Shown here: positions 21,223-31,018 of the stretch, piece after piece
How the letters are laid out: the number at the start of each line of letters is the position of its first letter
Numbering within the stretch: position 1 is the first letter of the stretch
Assembly: GCA_963700285.1 (NCBI GenBank)
Contig: CAVOXA010000014.1
Location: 64,001 to 128,000 of the forward strand
Length of the DNA stretch: 64,000 bases
Reading direction: 5' to 3'
DNA from: an uncultured Chloroflexia bacterium
GTDB lineage: Bacteria; Chloroflexota; Anaerolineae; JAAYZQ01
Notes under the pieces: generated by a model
Seen by the model: the letters and a program-made list of their open reading frames with translations, nothing else
What the model was told of the DNA's origin: nothing
Database searches by the model: none
Position numbers and translations under genes: made by a program

Positions 21223-22011
21223 ATGCAGCGAATCCGTCTGATCCATTGGAAAGCTGACGAGGCAGAGGAGAGGGCAGCCATGCTCCAGGGGTTTGGTTAT
21301 GCAGTCGACTCTGGACCACTCACCGCCGCGGGCCTGCGCGGCCTGCGTGCAGACCCGCCCGATGCCGTGGTCATCGACCTCAGCCGGGCGCCATCCCTGG
21401 GGCGGGACCTGGGCCTCAACCTGCGCAAGTACGCGGCAACCCGCCACGTCCCCCTTGTGTTCGCTGAGGGTGTCCCAGAGAAAGTGATCCGCATCCAGGA
21501 ACTCCTGCCAGACGCGGTCTATACAACCTGGGCTGAGATGCGCGATGCGCTGCAATCCGCTGTCGATAACCCGCCGGCCGATCCTGTCGCGCCAGCATCA
21601 ACCATGGCCGGCTACGCGGGTACCCCCCTGCCAAGAAAGCTGGGCATCAAGCCCGGCTCGGTGGTTGCTCTGGTCAGTGCCCCCAAGGGATTCGAAGAAA
21701 CCCTCGGCGACCTACCGGAAGATGTCACCCTGACCCAGAGTGCCAGGCCTGCGAGTGAGGTGACCCTGTGGTTCCCCGCTACTCTGGAAGATCTGAAGGC
21801 GCGTATCGAGGACATGGTCCCATGCGCCGAGAAGGGCGGGCTGTGGATCATCTGGCCCAAGAAGGCATCCGGCATCGTCTCCGACCTGTCGCAGACCGTC
21901 GTGCGTGAGACCGGCCTGGCCGCCGGTCTCGTTGACTTTAAGGTGGCGGCCATCGACGCCACCTGGTCCGGCCTTCGCTTCAGCCGGCGCAAGACCAGCT
22001 CCCTGGGCTGA
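21223..22011 (+). CDS. Atypical receiver-like domain fused to a DUF3052-like domain
   Basis: N-terminal PPDAVVIDLS..TRHVPLVF (receiver-like); C-terminal YAGTPLPRKLGIKPG..LWIIWPKKAS..GLVDFKVAAIDATWSGLRF. Confidence 0.7.
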   Translation: MQRIRLIHWKADEAEERAAMLQGFGYAVDSGPLTAAGLRGLRADPPDAVVIDLSRAPSLGRDLGLNLRKYAATRHVPLVFAEGVPEKVIRIQELLPDAVYTTWAEMRDALQSAVDNPPADPVAPASTMAGYAGTPLPRKLGIKPGSVVALVSAPKGFEETLGDLPEDVTLTQSARPASEVTLWFPATLEDLKARIEDMVPCAEKGGLWIIWPKKASGIVSDLSQTVVRETGLAAGLVDFKVAAIDATWSGLRFSRRKTSSLG

Positions 22012-22127
22012 GCTGGACCATCTATTCCACGCGGTCCAACACCCCCTGCGGCAGTCCATCGAATTCGGCCGGAACTGCGCGATGGCTAAGAGCCGATGCG
22101 CCTTGGCGTCGAGGCGCATAAGTTGCC

Positions 22128-22231
22128 GTAGGGGCGACGCATCCCTGCCGGCAATCAACTTCAGCGGCGATCTCGGGGCTGCTGGAAGCTGTTCAGCCAA
22201 CAGGTAGGTGAGTGGGATGCGTCGCCCCTAC
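22128..22231. repeat. GTAG-type REP/REPIN-like inverted repeat
   Basis: Perfect 18-bp arms GTAGGGGCGACGCATCCC (22128-22145) and GGGATGCGTCGCCCCTAC (22214-22231) around a 68-bp spacer. Confidence 0.7.
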
Positions 22232-22300
22232 CTGATATACCAGCGCCGCCAGCAAGCGCCTAACCCCCGCGCTGCACCGCATCTCCAACCACAGAAAACC

Positions 22301-22366
22301 TGGCCACCTGGCCGATATCAGATCCGCCAGATGGCCGATGCACTGGAGCGACACCTGCCATATAAT
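22301..22366 (+). promoter_or_regulatory. Tandem TGGCCRAT direct-repeat promoter, copy 1
   Basis: TGGCCGAT at 22309 and 22332; TATAAT at 22361 (29 bp after the start of the second repeat). Confidence 0.7.
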
Positions 22367-22532
22367 GGAGCCAGACAGCTTGGAAGCCTAGCGAGCACAC
22401 GGACAATACCTACGTCTGCCAAGCATTGTCTCTCCTTCCTTGACCCCGAAGGCACGGGGTCCAGGTCCACATCCGGACTTGGAGCGCCCGCTTTCGAGGT
22501 CTCTCTTTCACGGGCTCTGGCCTGCTGAAGAT

Positions 22533-22599
22533 TGGCCACTTGGCTAATCGCGAAATCCTCCATCTGGCCATTGCACCGATTGCCGTTCCATTGTATACT
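22533..22599 (+). promoter_or_regulatory. Tandem TGGCCRAT direct-repeat promoter, copy 2
   Basis: TGGCTAAT at 22541 and TGGCCATT at 22565; TATACT at 22594 (29 bp). Confidence 0.6.
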
Positions 22600-22617
22600 G
22601 ACCCTGACCCATTGTGC

Positions 22618-22651
22618 ATGGGTTGCCTGCCAGTGGCAGGCAACCCATTTT
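22618..22651 (+). terminator. Perfect inverted repeat with short T tract (terminator-like)
   Basis: ATGGGTTGCCTGCCA-G-TGGCAGGCAACCCAT followed by TTT. Confidence 0.55.
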
Positions 22652-22923
22652 GTAGCAGGGCGTATAAGGAGTAAGAGGCACAAAAGCACGGTATGGAAAT
22701 GTCAGGTTGCCGGGAGAGTCAGGTCCTCCAGAGTTCCGGGGACTGTGGTATCATTCGTACGTGATTACGCGGTGGGACAGGCTCGACTGCGGGAAATGCC
22801 CTGCAGCCCATGTTTTGGCGGTCACATCGGTGATGGTTTTCGCCAGGTGTGAGGTGGTTTTAACTCGCATCGGTGGCTCTGCAAGATATCGGCGGGTGAA
22901 AACCATCTTCTGGGGAGGTACTG

Positions 22924-24093
22924 ATGGTTGGTCGGCTGTTCAAGCGCAAGGGATCCGGAAACGGGTCTTCCAACGGGCAGGAGCTGAATGAAAACAAACA
23001 CCTCATCGAGCTACATGGCGTGGACAAGCTCTATGAGACAGCGGCCGGGCCATTTCCCGCGCTGAAGAACATCGACCTGCAGGTAGATGGCGGCGAGTTC
23101 ATCGCCATCATTGGCAAGTCGGGCAGCGGCAAGTCCACGCTGGTGAACATGATCACGGGCATCGACCGGCCCAGCGCAGGCACGGTTGTGATCGGCGACA
23201 CGGCCGTCCACACCCTGAGTGAGGGCCAGTTGGCCCAGTGGCGCGGCCGCACGGTGGGCATCATCTTTCAGTTCTTCCAGTTACTGCCCACACTGACGGT
23301 CATCGAGAACATCATGCTGCCCATGGACTTTTGCCACATGTACTCACCCTGGGAGCGCAAGGACCGCGCCATGGATCTCCTGGAGCAGATCGAGATGGCT
23401 GACCAGGCCAACAAGCTGCCCTCGGCAGTTTCGGGTGGCCAGCAACAGCGCGCGGCCATCGCCCGAGCGCTGGCCAACGACCCGCCCATCCTGCTGGCCG
23501 ACGAGCCCACAGGTAACCTCGACTCCAAGACAGCGGAATCGGTCTTCCGCCTCTTTGAAAAGCAGGTGGAGGGGGGAAAGACCATCGTCATGGTGACCCA
23601 CGACAGAGACCTGGCCAAGCGAGCCTCGAGAACCATCATGCTCTCCGATGGGGAGATCATCGAACAGTTCCTGGTCAACGCCTTCCCTTCCATGTCAGAA
23701 CAGCAGCTCATCTACGCTACGCGCAATCTGGAGCGGGAAGAGTATTCTCCCGGGTCGATCATCCTGGAGGAAGGCTGCCCACCGGACAAGTTCTATCTGA
23801 TCACCAGGGGCCAGATCGAGGTTCTGGCCCAGGCAAGGGACGGCGACATGATGACCATCGCCCGCATGGGACGCGGCCAGTACTTTGGTGAGGTCGAGTT
23901 GCTGGCCGGTGGCACCAACATCGCCACCATCCGCGCCGCGCCTGACACCGGCGCCCGGCTGGTCTCGCTGGACCGCGAGACCTTTGCAGGCTTGATGGCC
24001 GAATCAGAGCCCACGCGAGAAGCGCTAGCCGAGGTCGCCAGCGTGCGCCGCGCGGAGAATCTCAACGGTAGAAACGGACTGGACCATGCTTAG
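22924..24093 (+). CDS. MacB/LolD-type ABC ATPase fused to a C-terminal cyclic-nucleotide-binding domain
   Basis: [32 protein letters not shown]; then [29 protein letters not shown]...ATIRA..LDRETF. Confidence 0.9.
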   Translation: MVGRLFKRKGSGNGSSNGQELNENKHLIELHGVDKLYETAAGPFPALKNIDLQVDGGEFIAIIGKSGSGKSTLVNMITGIDRPSAGTVVIGDTAVHTLSEGQLAQWRGRTVGIIFQFFQLLPTLTVIENIMLPMDFCHMYSPWERKDRAMDLLEQIEMADQANKLPSAVSGGQQQRAAIARALANDPPILLADEPTGNLDSKTAESVFRLFEKQVEGGKTIVMVTHDRDLAKRASRTIMLSDGEIIEQFLVNAFPSMSEQQLIYATRNLEREEYSPGSIILEEGCPPDKFYLITRGQIEVLAQARDGDMMTIARMGRGQYFGEVELLAGGTNIATIRAAPDTGARLVSLDRETFAGLMAESEPTREALAEVASVRRAENLNGRNGLDHA

Positions 24094-26549
24094 CCCGCGC
24101 TGGCGCAAAGTTGTACGCGACTTGTGGGGCAACAAGACCCGCACCCTGCTGGTCGTGCTCTCCATCGGGGTTGGCGTCTTTGCCGTGGGCATGGTGGCCA
24201 GTACGCAGGTCATCTTTGGCCGCGAGCTGAACTCGAGCTGGGCGGCGGTGAATCCGGCCAGCGCCTCTCTCTTCACCGGGCCCTTCGACGACGAGATGCT
24301 CTACACGGTACGCAACATGCCCGAGGTGCAGGAAGCTGACGCGCGGCGCAGCTTTACGGTGCGCTTCAAGGCCGGCCCTCTGGCGCTGCACCAAGAGACA
24401 CAGTCAGGCAATGGCAAAGCGCAGGACCAGCAGGCGCCAGCACAACCTGAACAGCCTTCGGATCGCTGGCGCAGCCTTGAGCTCTTGTCCTACCCCGACT
24501 ATGACGACATCCGCATCTACCATATCACGTCGGAACAGGGAGAGTTCCCTCCGCCGGAGCAGCAGGTACTCATCGAACGGGCATCCCTGGACTGGATGGG
24601 TGTCGACGTCGGCGATCTGATCACCGTCGAGGCGCCCAACGGCAGGTTGCGCGAGCTGCGCATCGCCGGCATCATCCACGACAGCACGAAAATGGCGGCA
24701 GCCTGGGTGGGCCAGGCAACCGGCTACATCCACCCCAACTCCCTGGACTGGTTCGGTGTATCGCACAACTTTGACGAACTGAATTTCATCGTCGCCCAGG
24801 GCCAGGACGACGAGGCAGCACATAAACGAGGTCGCCCAACTGGTCCGGGACAAGGTCGAGCGCAGCGGCAGGACCGTCTACTTTACCTGGGTCCCGACGC
24901 CGGGCAAGCACCCGGCCGACGAAGTTGTCCAGCCCATCACCCTGCTGATGGGCGCCATGGGCATGCTGTCGCTGTTGGTAAGCGGCTTTCTCGTATTCAA
25001 CACACTCCAGGCCCTGTTGACCCAACAGGTACGGCAGATCGGCATTATGAAGGCCATCGGAGGCAGGGTGAGCCAGATCATGGGTGTCTACTATGCCATG
25101 GTCCTGCTCTACGGGCTGGTAGCCCTGGTCATCGCTGTGCCCCTGGGCGCACTGGCCGGCCACGCCATGACCGCCTATATGGCTGGCTTTATCAATTTTG
25201 ACATCGCCAGCGCAGAGATCCCGCCCCAGGTGCTTGCCCTGGAGATCGCCGTTGGGCTGGTCGTACCGGCCCTGGCCGCGATCTATCCCATCCTTTCTGG
25301 CGTGCGCACCAGTGCGGCCAAGGCCATGAGCGACTATGGGCTGAGCAGCGTTGAGTTTGGACAGGGTAGGCTTGACCGGCTTTTGGAGCGGGTGCGGGGC
25401 CTTTCCCGCCCGATGCTGCTGTCGCTCCGAAACACCTTCCGCAGAAAGGGACGGCTGGCCCTCACGCTTACGACCCTGGTTCTGGGCGGGGCCATCTTTA
25501 TCGCAGTATTCAGCGTGCGGGCTTCGTTGCTCACTACCCTCGATAGTTGGTTCGACCTGATCGACTATGACGTCTATGTCACTTTCAACCGGGGTTATCG
25601 CATCGATCAGCTCGAACGCGAGGCGCTGGAGGTGCCTGGTGTCACCAAAGCCGAGGCATGGCGTTTCACCTCAGCACGTCGCAAGCGGCCTGATAGTACC
25701 GAGGGCGAAACGATGGGCATCCGCGCTCCCAAGATGGACAGCGATCTAATCGTGCCCACCCTGGTGGAAGGGCGTTGGCTGCTGCCCGAGGACGAAAACG
25801 CCATCGTCCTCAACACCTTCATGCTCAAAGATGAGCCCGACATCAAGCTCGGGGACGAGGTGGAACTCACCATCGAGGGTGAGGACAGCAAATGGCGCGT
25901 TGTGGGCATCATGAAAGGCATGCCCTTTCCCATGGGCTATGTGAACTTTGACTACTTTGGCAGGCTGGTAGGCGGCGTTGGCCGGGCCGGGGTGGTGTTC
26001 GTGCAAAGTGAGGGACACGACGCGGCGTACCAGGATCGCCTGGAAAAGGCCCTGGAGCAGCACTTTGAGGGCATCGGCCTCAATGTCAACTCGACCATGA
26101 CCAGTACCAGGGAAAGCGGCCAGATTGAAACCCAGTTCAACGTGCTCGTTGTCTTTTTGCTGATCATGGCCATCCTGCTGGCCGTTGTAGGCGGTATTGG
26201 CCTGATGGGGACCATGAGCCTGAACGTGCTGGAACGGATCCGCGAGATCGGCGTCATGCGCGCCATCGGCGCCTCTGATGGCGCGGTACTGCAGGTCGTC
26301 ATCGTTGAGGGTGTCCTCATCGGCCTGCTGAGCTGGCTCATCTCGATCCTGGTCGCCTGGCCTCTGAGCAAGGTCCTCAGCGACGCAGTCGGATTTTCGA
26401 TCCTGCAGGCCGAGCTGAACTATACCTTCTCAGTCGGTGGGACCGTGACCTGGTTCATCATCGCCTTTGTGCTGTCCGCGCTGGCAAGCTTCTGGCCGGC
26501 ACGCAACGCCTCCAGAGTAACGGTACGCGAGGTATTGGCGTACGAATAG
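24086..26549 (+). CDS. MacB/FtsX-type ABC permease with two FtsX repeats (one frameshift at about 24815)
   Basis: [43 protein letters not shown]; the two ORFs join via [17 protein letters not shown] in the second frame. Confidence 0.88.
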
Positions 26550-26673
26550 TGTACAAAACCTTTACGTAACGTGAACTACAGTCAGCACTGTGGAATTCGT
26601 CTAGAATAACACCAGCTTCTTCGAAAGAAAGCAAGTACATTGTCTCGCACTCGTGACATTTGGGAGGTAGAGG

Positions 26674-28143
26674 ATGAAGAAGGTTGTAATCGCCATCGTA
26701 ATCATCGCGATCGTGGCTGGGGTGGGTTACCTACTGTTCAGCCGCCTGGGCCCGGGAGCAGCCGCCGAAACGGCGACACCGGAGGCGGCCTCTGAGCAAC
26801 TGGCCCCGATCAAGGCCAGCAGCGAAGTGGTATCCGACGCCGTTGTCGTCCCGGCGCAGTACGCCAGGCTGAGCCTGCCCACAGGCGGCATTGTGGCTGA
26901 AATACCGGTGGCAGAAGGCGATACCGTCGCGGAGGGCGACTTGCTCCTGAGGCTCGATGCCGCCCGGCAGGCCGCGGCAGTTGCCCAGGCAGAGGCCGGC
27001 TTGCTGCGCGCCCAGAACGCGCTGGCCGAGATCCAGGCTGGCGCGCGCCCGGAAGAGATAGCAGCAGCCCAGGCAGCCGTTGACGCCGCTCAATCCCAGC
27101 TCACACGCCTCGAGGAGGGCGCCCGGCCGGAGGAGATTGCGGCCGCCCAGGCCGCGGTCGATGCTGCCCAGGCACAGTTCTCCCGCCTGGAGGAAGGCGC
27201 CCGGCCGGAGGAGATTCGAGCTGCCGAGGCTGCTCTCGACGGCGCCCAGGCCTCCCTGCAGAAGGTACTGGAAGGCCCCAACGAGGAAGAGCTGGTGGCC
27301 GCCCGGGCCGAACTGGCCAACGCCGAAGCCGCGGTGGCCCAAGCCCAGGCAGCCTACGACCCGGTGAAATACGACCCACAGATCCAGGCTCGGCCCGAGT
27401 CGCTGCGACTGGAGCAGGCGACTAACGCCTACGAAGCGGCCAGGGCACGCCTGGCAGCTATCCAGAGTCGGGCCACCGCAGCGGACGTCGCTGCGGCCAG
27501 GTCGGGCATCGACCAAGCCCAGGCACAGTTGGAGGCATTGAAGGCACCAGCTCGAGCGGCCGACATGGACAGCGTGCTGGCTGGCATCAACCAGGCCCAA
27601 GCACAGCTCGAAGCGATGCTGGCACCCGCCCGGGCGGCCGATGTGGCCGCCGCCCAGGCCGAGATCCGCCGCGCGCAGGCCCAACTTGAACTGCTGGAAG
27701 CTGGCGCCCGGCCTGAGACCATTGCCGGCGTCGAGGCTGAAGTGGCTGCGGCCGGGGCCGCGTTGGCCCAGGCACAGGCAGCCCTGGCCGACATGGACCT
27801 CAGGGCGCCCTTTGCCGGCTCGGTGGCATCCCTGGACGCGAAGGTGGGCGAGCAGGTGGGACCGGGATCGCCCATCGCCACCCTGGCCGACCTGTCGACC
27901 TGGCAGATCGAGACAGATGATCTGACAGAGCTGAACATTGTCCGCGTCAAGGAAGGCGACGCCGCCACCATCACCTTTGATGCCATCCCAGACCTGGAGC
28001 TGCCCGGGACCGTCATTCGCATCAAGGAAATCGGCGAGAACAAGATGGGCGACATCACCTACACCGTGATCATCCAGCCCGACGAGTACGATGATCGCTT
28101 GCGCTGGAACATGACCGCCACCGTCATCATCGAGCCAGAGTAG
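26674..28143 (+). CDS. Efflux RND/HlyD-family periplasmic adaptor (membrane fusion protein) with an extended helical hairpin
   Basis: N-terminal TM anchor, lipoyl half motifs GIVAEIPVAEGDTV and LRAPFAGSV, repeated GARPEEI units. Confidence 0.88.
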   Translation: MKKVVIAIVIIAIVAGVGYLLFSRLGPGAAAETATPEAASEQLAPIKASSEVVSDAVVVPAQYARLSLPTGGIVAEIPVAEGDTVAEGDLLLRLDAARQAAAVAQAEAGLLRAQNALAEIQAGARPEEIAAAQAAVDAAQSQLTRLEEGARPEEIAAAQAAVDAAQAQFSRLEEGARPEEIRAAEAALDGAQASLQKVLEGPNEEELVAARAELANAEAAVAQAQAAYDPVKYDPQIQARPESLRLEQATNAYEAARARLAAIQSRATAADVAAARSGIDQAQAQLEALKAPARAADMDSVLAGINQAQAQLEAMLAPARAADVAAAQAEIRRAQAQLELLEAGARPETIAGVEAEVAAAGAALAQAQAALADMDLRAPFAGSVASLDAKVGEQVGPGSPIATLADLSTWQIETDDLTELNIVRVKEGDAATITFDAIPDLELPGTVIRIKEIGENKMGDITYTVIIQPDEYDDRLRWNMTATVIIEPE

Positions 28144-28434
28144 CAGCAGGGCAGAGAGACGGAGACTTGCTCGCCAGAACCTGCTCACGGGAACTGCCTG
28201 CCAGATCCTGCCCGCGGGAACCTGCTCACCGGAAAATGCTCACGCTGGACCACAGTCCAGCGTACATGGCGCCAAGGCGTGGACTGTGTGGTCCACGCGC
28301 AGCAGACAGTAGGTGCAGTGGGGCTCTTTCGCAAAGGCGATAGCTACCCGAGTGCCAGGCTTTGTCACAACTTGAGCACCTTGGTAGCCCCAAAGCAGTA
28401 ACAGTAGAAAGCAGTGAGGGAAAGGGAGAACAGC

Positions 28435-29838
28435 ATGAGAAACAGTAGACAGACAGCCGCAGGGTTCGTTGCACTGACCCTGTGGATCCTGATAGGCATC
28501 GCGCTGCCACTGGCAGCGCTGGCCAGCGGGTCGGGCCCTGCCGACGCGCAGGCGCCATCCCCTGACTGGCAGGTCATCAAGCCGGGACAGGAACATTGGT
28601 ACGGCTTTTACTATCCCGGCGACGGTTCCCCCATCGAGATCAGGTTACAGACCGAGCCGCCCGAGGGCGCCAGCTTCGGCCTCTTTACTCCCGACGGAAT
28701 CCGCCGCTGGAGCGATGGTGACCCGCTCGAGCCGGTCGGACGCGGGTCTCCCCTCCGCTCCGGGAGTGCTACCCAGATTTGGACCGGCAGCTTCTACGAC
28801 GAGGGCGCGTACTTTGTCGTCGTCGAACACGAAGGTCAGAAGCAAGCCCCCAGCTACTACCTCTTGGAGATCGAGGGCGACGGGGTCTCCCTTTCCATTC
28901 CATCGCCATCCACGGAGGTCACACCTGCGCCCAAGACGTCAACGCCTGGCAAGGCAACCATCAGCAAACCGGCCGGCAAGCTCGTCTTCCAGACTTCCAT
29001 GGGCGGAGACATCTATACCATCAACGTCAACGGAACCGGCCTGCAGCGCTTGGCGGATGGCATGGATCCCACCTGGTCGCCCGACGGCAGCCAGATCGCC
29101 TTCAATCGCTGGAGCGAGCCCCGTGGAGTGTGGCTGACCAATGCCGACGGCTCGTCAAAACACCGCATCTTTGACTGGAGCGAGCCACGCTGGACCTCCT
29201 GGTCACCCGACGGGCAGGAGGTGCTGTTCAGCCGGGTCACCGGCGGCCGACAGGACCCGAGGGAGTTCTGCTTCCGCGGCTTTTGCTTCACCTTCCCCGC
29301 CCACCCGCACTGGGTCATGAGCGTGGTGCGGCTGGCCGACGGCTACTTTTACGAGCCCCGGCCACCCGAATCCCTGACCAGCCGCGCGCCTGATTGGTCC
29401 CCGATGGGCGATCAGGTCATCTTTGCCGACGTCGAAGGGCTGCGAATACAGACCCTGGACGGAGAGGTCTCCTATCTCATCACCCACGACACCCGGGATA
29501 CCAGCCCGGCCTGGTCGCCAGACGGGCAGCGTGTGGCCTTTGTCAGGCGCCAGCACGACCACTGGGAAATCTATGTCGTCGACGCCGACGGCCGCAACTT
29601 GAAGCGGCTGACCGTTGCCCCCAAGAGGCCCGATGGCTCAATCGCCGACAGTGCCTCGCCCGCCTGGTCGCCTGACGGCCAGCACCTCGCTTTCCTGACC
29701 GACAGGACTGGAAAGTGGGAAATGTGGGTCATGCGCGCCAATGGTAGCCACCCCAGGCCCATGTTCGCCAAAGCGCTGGATGGCGTCCCGCTGGAGTACA
29801 GCCACCTCGGCGAGCGGGCCATCTCCTGGACCCGTTAG
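28435..29838 (+). CDS. Secreted TolB-like PD40/WD40 beta-propeller protein
   Basis: Signal peptide; repeated P-x-WSPDG motifs (PTWSPDG, SWSPDG, PDWSP, two PAWSPDG). Confidence 0.85.
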   Translation: MRNSRQTAAGFVALTLWILIGIALPLAALASGSGPADAQAPSPDWQVIKPGQEHWYGFYYPGDGSPIEIRLQTEPPEGASFGLFTPDGIRRWSDGDPLEPVGRGSPLRSGSATQIWTGSFYDEGAYFVVVEHEGQKQAPSYYLLEIEGDGVSLSIPSPSTEVTPAPKTSTPGKATISKPAGKLVFQTSMGGDIYTINVNGTGLQRLADGMDPTWSPDGSQIAFNRWSEPRGVWLTNADGSSKHRIFDWSEPRWTSWSPDGQEVLFSRVTGGRQDPREFCFRGFCFTFPAHPHWVMSVVRLADGYFYEPRPPESLTSRAPDWSPMGDQVIFADVEGLRIQTLDGEVSYLITHDTRDTSPAWSPDGQRVAFVRRQHDHWEIYVVDADGRNLKRLTVAPKRPDGSIADSASPAWSPDGQHLAFLTDRTGKWEMWVMRANGSHPRPMFAKALDGVPLEYSHLGERAISWTR

Positions 29839-29871
29839 GGTCCGCCCGGATAGGGATCCACCGCTAGTTCG

Positions 29872-29907
29872 AGACGCCCCAGTGGTATGCCACTGGGGCG
29901 TCTTTCT
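29872..29907 (+). terminator. Intrinsic terminator
   Basis: 14-bp stem AGACGCCCCAGTGG-TATG-CCACTGGGGCGTCT followed by TTCT, 33 bp after the PD40 gene stop. Confidence 0.75.
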
Positions 29908-29965
29908 GTACAAGCAGCCAATTTCAATAGCGTATCTTGTCAGGAACACAGTTGCGCACGAGGAG

Positions 29966-30060
29966 TGGATCCCCGCCATAGTCTACCCACGCGACGACGG
30001 GGGCAGGAATGACGGGCAGCGTGAGGGCAATGGTGTGTCATGCCCGCGAAGGCGGGCATC
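29966..30060. repeat. Degenerate dRS3-like palindromic extragenic repeat
   Basis: TGGATCCCCGCC...GGCAGGAATGAC and GTCATGCCCGCGAAGGCGGGCATC resemble the GTCATTCCCGCGxAGGCGGGAATCC repeat family. Confidence 0.45.
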
Positions 30061-30125
30061 ATTTCCGGCAAAAATGACAGCTGCGACTGCCAATCCGATT
30101 GCCCTGGCCTGTCTGACCGCCGACA

Positions 30126-30155
30126 TTGACAAACAAGGCTGACAGAGGGTAGAAT
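30126..30155 (+). promoter_or_regulatory. Sigma70-like promoter
   Basis: TTGACA-N18-TAGAAT upstream of the response regulator. Confidence 0.55.
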
Positions 30156-30206
30156 GGAACGGCATTTCGGTTTTTTTCTGTCGGGGTCGAGAAAGGAGCA
30201 GACCGC

Positions 30207-30923
30207 ATGAGCGCTGCCAACCCAATCCGCGTCATGATCGTCGACGACCATGGGATGGTTCGCCGGGGTTTGGGCACCATCCTCAAAGTCAGGGCCGACC
30301 TGGAACTCGTGAGCGAGGCCAGCAGCGGCGCCGAGGCGCTGGCCCTGTGCCAGCAATCCCAGCCCGACGTAATTCTCATGGATCTGGTGATGCCCGAGAT
30401 GGGAGGAGCAGAGGCCACCCGCCTTATCCGCGAGCAGTCCCCCGATACCCAGGTCATCGCCTTGACCAGTTTTCAGGAGAAAGAACTGGTCCGCGAGGCG
30501 CTCCAGGCCGGCGCCATCGGCTATCTGCTCAAGAATGTCTCGGCTGAAGACCTGGCCGCCGCCATCCGCGAGGCACACGCCGGTCGCTCCACCCTGGCTC
30601 CCGAGGCCATCCAGGCGCTGATACAGGCCGAACCCCAGGGCGCCGTCCAGGCCCGCGATCTTGCCGAAGCCTACGGACTGACACCCCGCGAGCGTGAGGT
30701 CCTGGCCCTGGTGGTTGAGGGCCTCAACAACCCAGAGATTGCCGAGCGCCTGGTAGTAAGTCGCTCCACGGCCAAGGCCCACGTCAGCAACATCCTATCC
30801 AAGCTGGGCGTTTCCAACCGCGCCGAAGCCATCGCCATCGCCCTGCAGCACAACCAACCAGCTGGCGCACCAGTCACGGGCAGGGCAGGGCCTGGGACAC
30901 ACACCTCCATGGATCACTACTAA
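30207..30923 (+). CDS. NarL/LuxR-family DNA-binding response regulator
   Basis: [21 protein letters not shown]; [30 protein letters not shown]; AAAGGAG SD. Confidence 0.95.
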   Translation: MSAANPIRVMIVDDHGMVRRGLGTILKVRADLELVSEASSGAEALALCQQSQPDVILMDLVMPEMGGAEATRLIREQSPDTQVIALTSFQEKELVREALQAGAIGYLLKNVSAEDLAAAIREAHAGRSTLAPEAIQALIQAEPQGAVQARDLAEAYGLTPREREVLALVVEGLNNPEIAERLVVSRSTAKAHVSNILSKLGVSNRAEAIAIALQHNQPAGAPVTGRAGPGTHTSMDHY

Positions 30924-30926
30924 GAC

Positions 30927-30992
30927 TGGCCACTAGGCCAATCTTTAATCCCCCAGATGGCCGATGCATCCGCGGGATTTCTGCGCTATACT
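30927..30992 (+). promoter_or_regulatory. Tandem TGGCCRAT direct-repeat promoter, copy 3
   Basis: AGGCCAAT at 30935 and TGGCCGAT at 30958; TATACT at 30987 (29 bp); lies directly after the response regulator stop. Confidence 0.75.
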
Positions 30993-31018
30993 GGCACCAA
31001 GACTTAATCGAGGTGCTT

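Noticed and set aside
26731-28188. Long antisense ORFs (for example 26731-28188, 4495-5937, 14456-15670, 51922-53151)
   Set aside because: They are shadows of GC-rich coding genes on the opposite strand and have no recognisable motifs.
28177-28250. Possible mini CRISPR array
   Set aside because: The repeats are too short, degenerate and irregularly spaced, and there are no cas genes.
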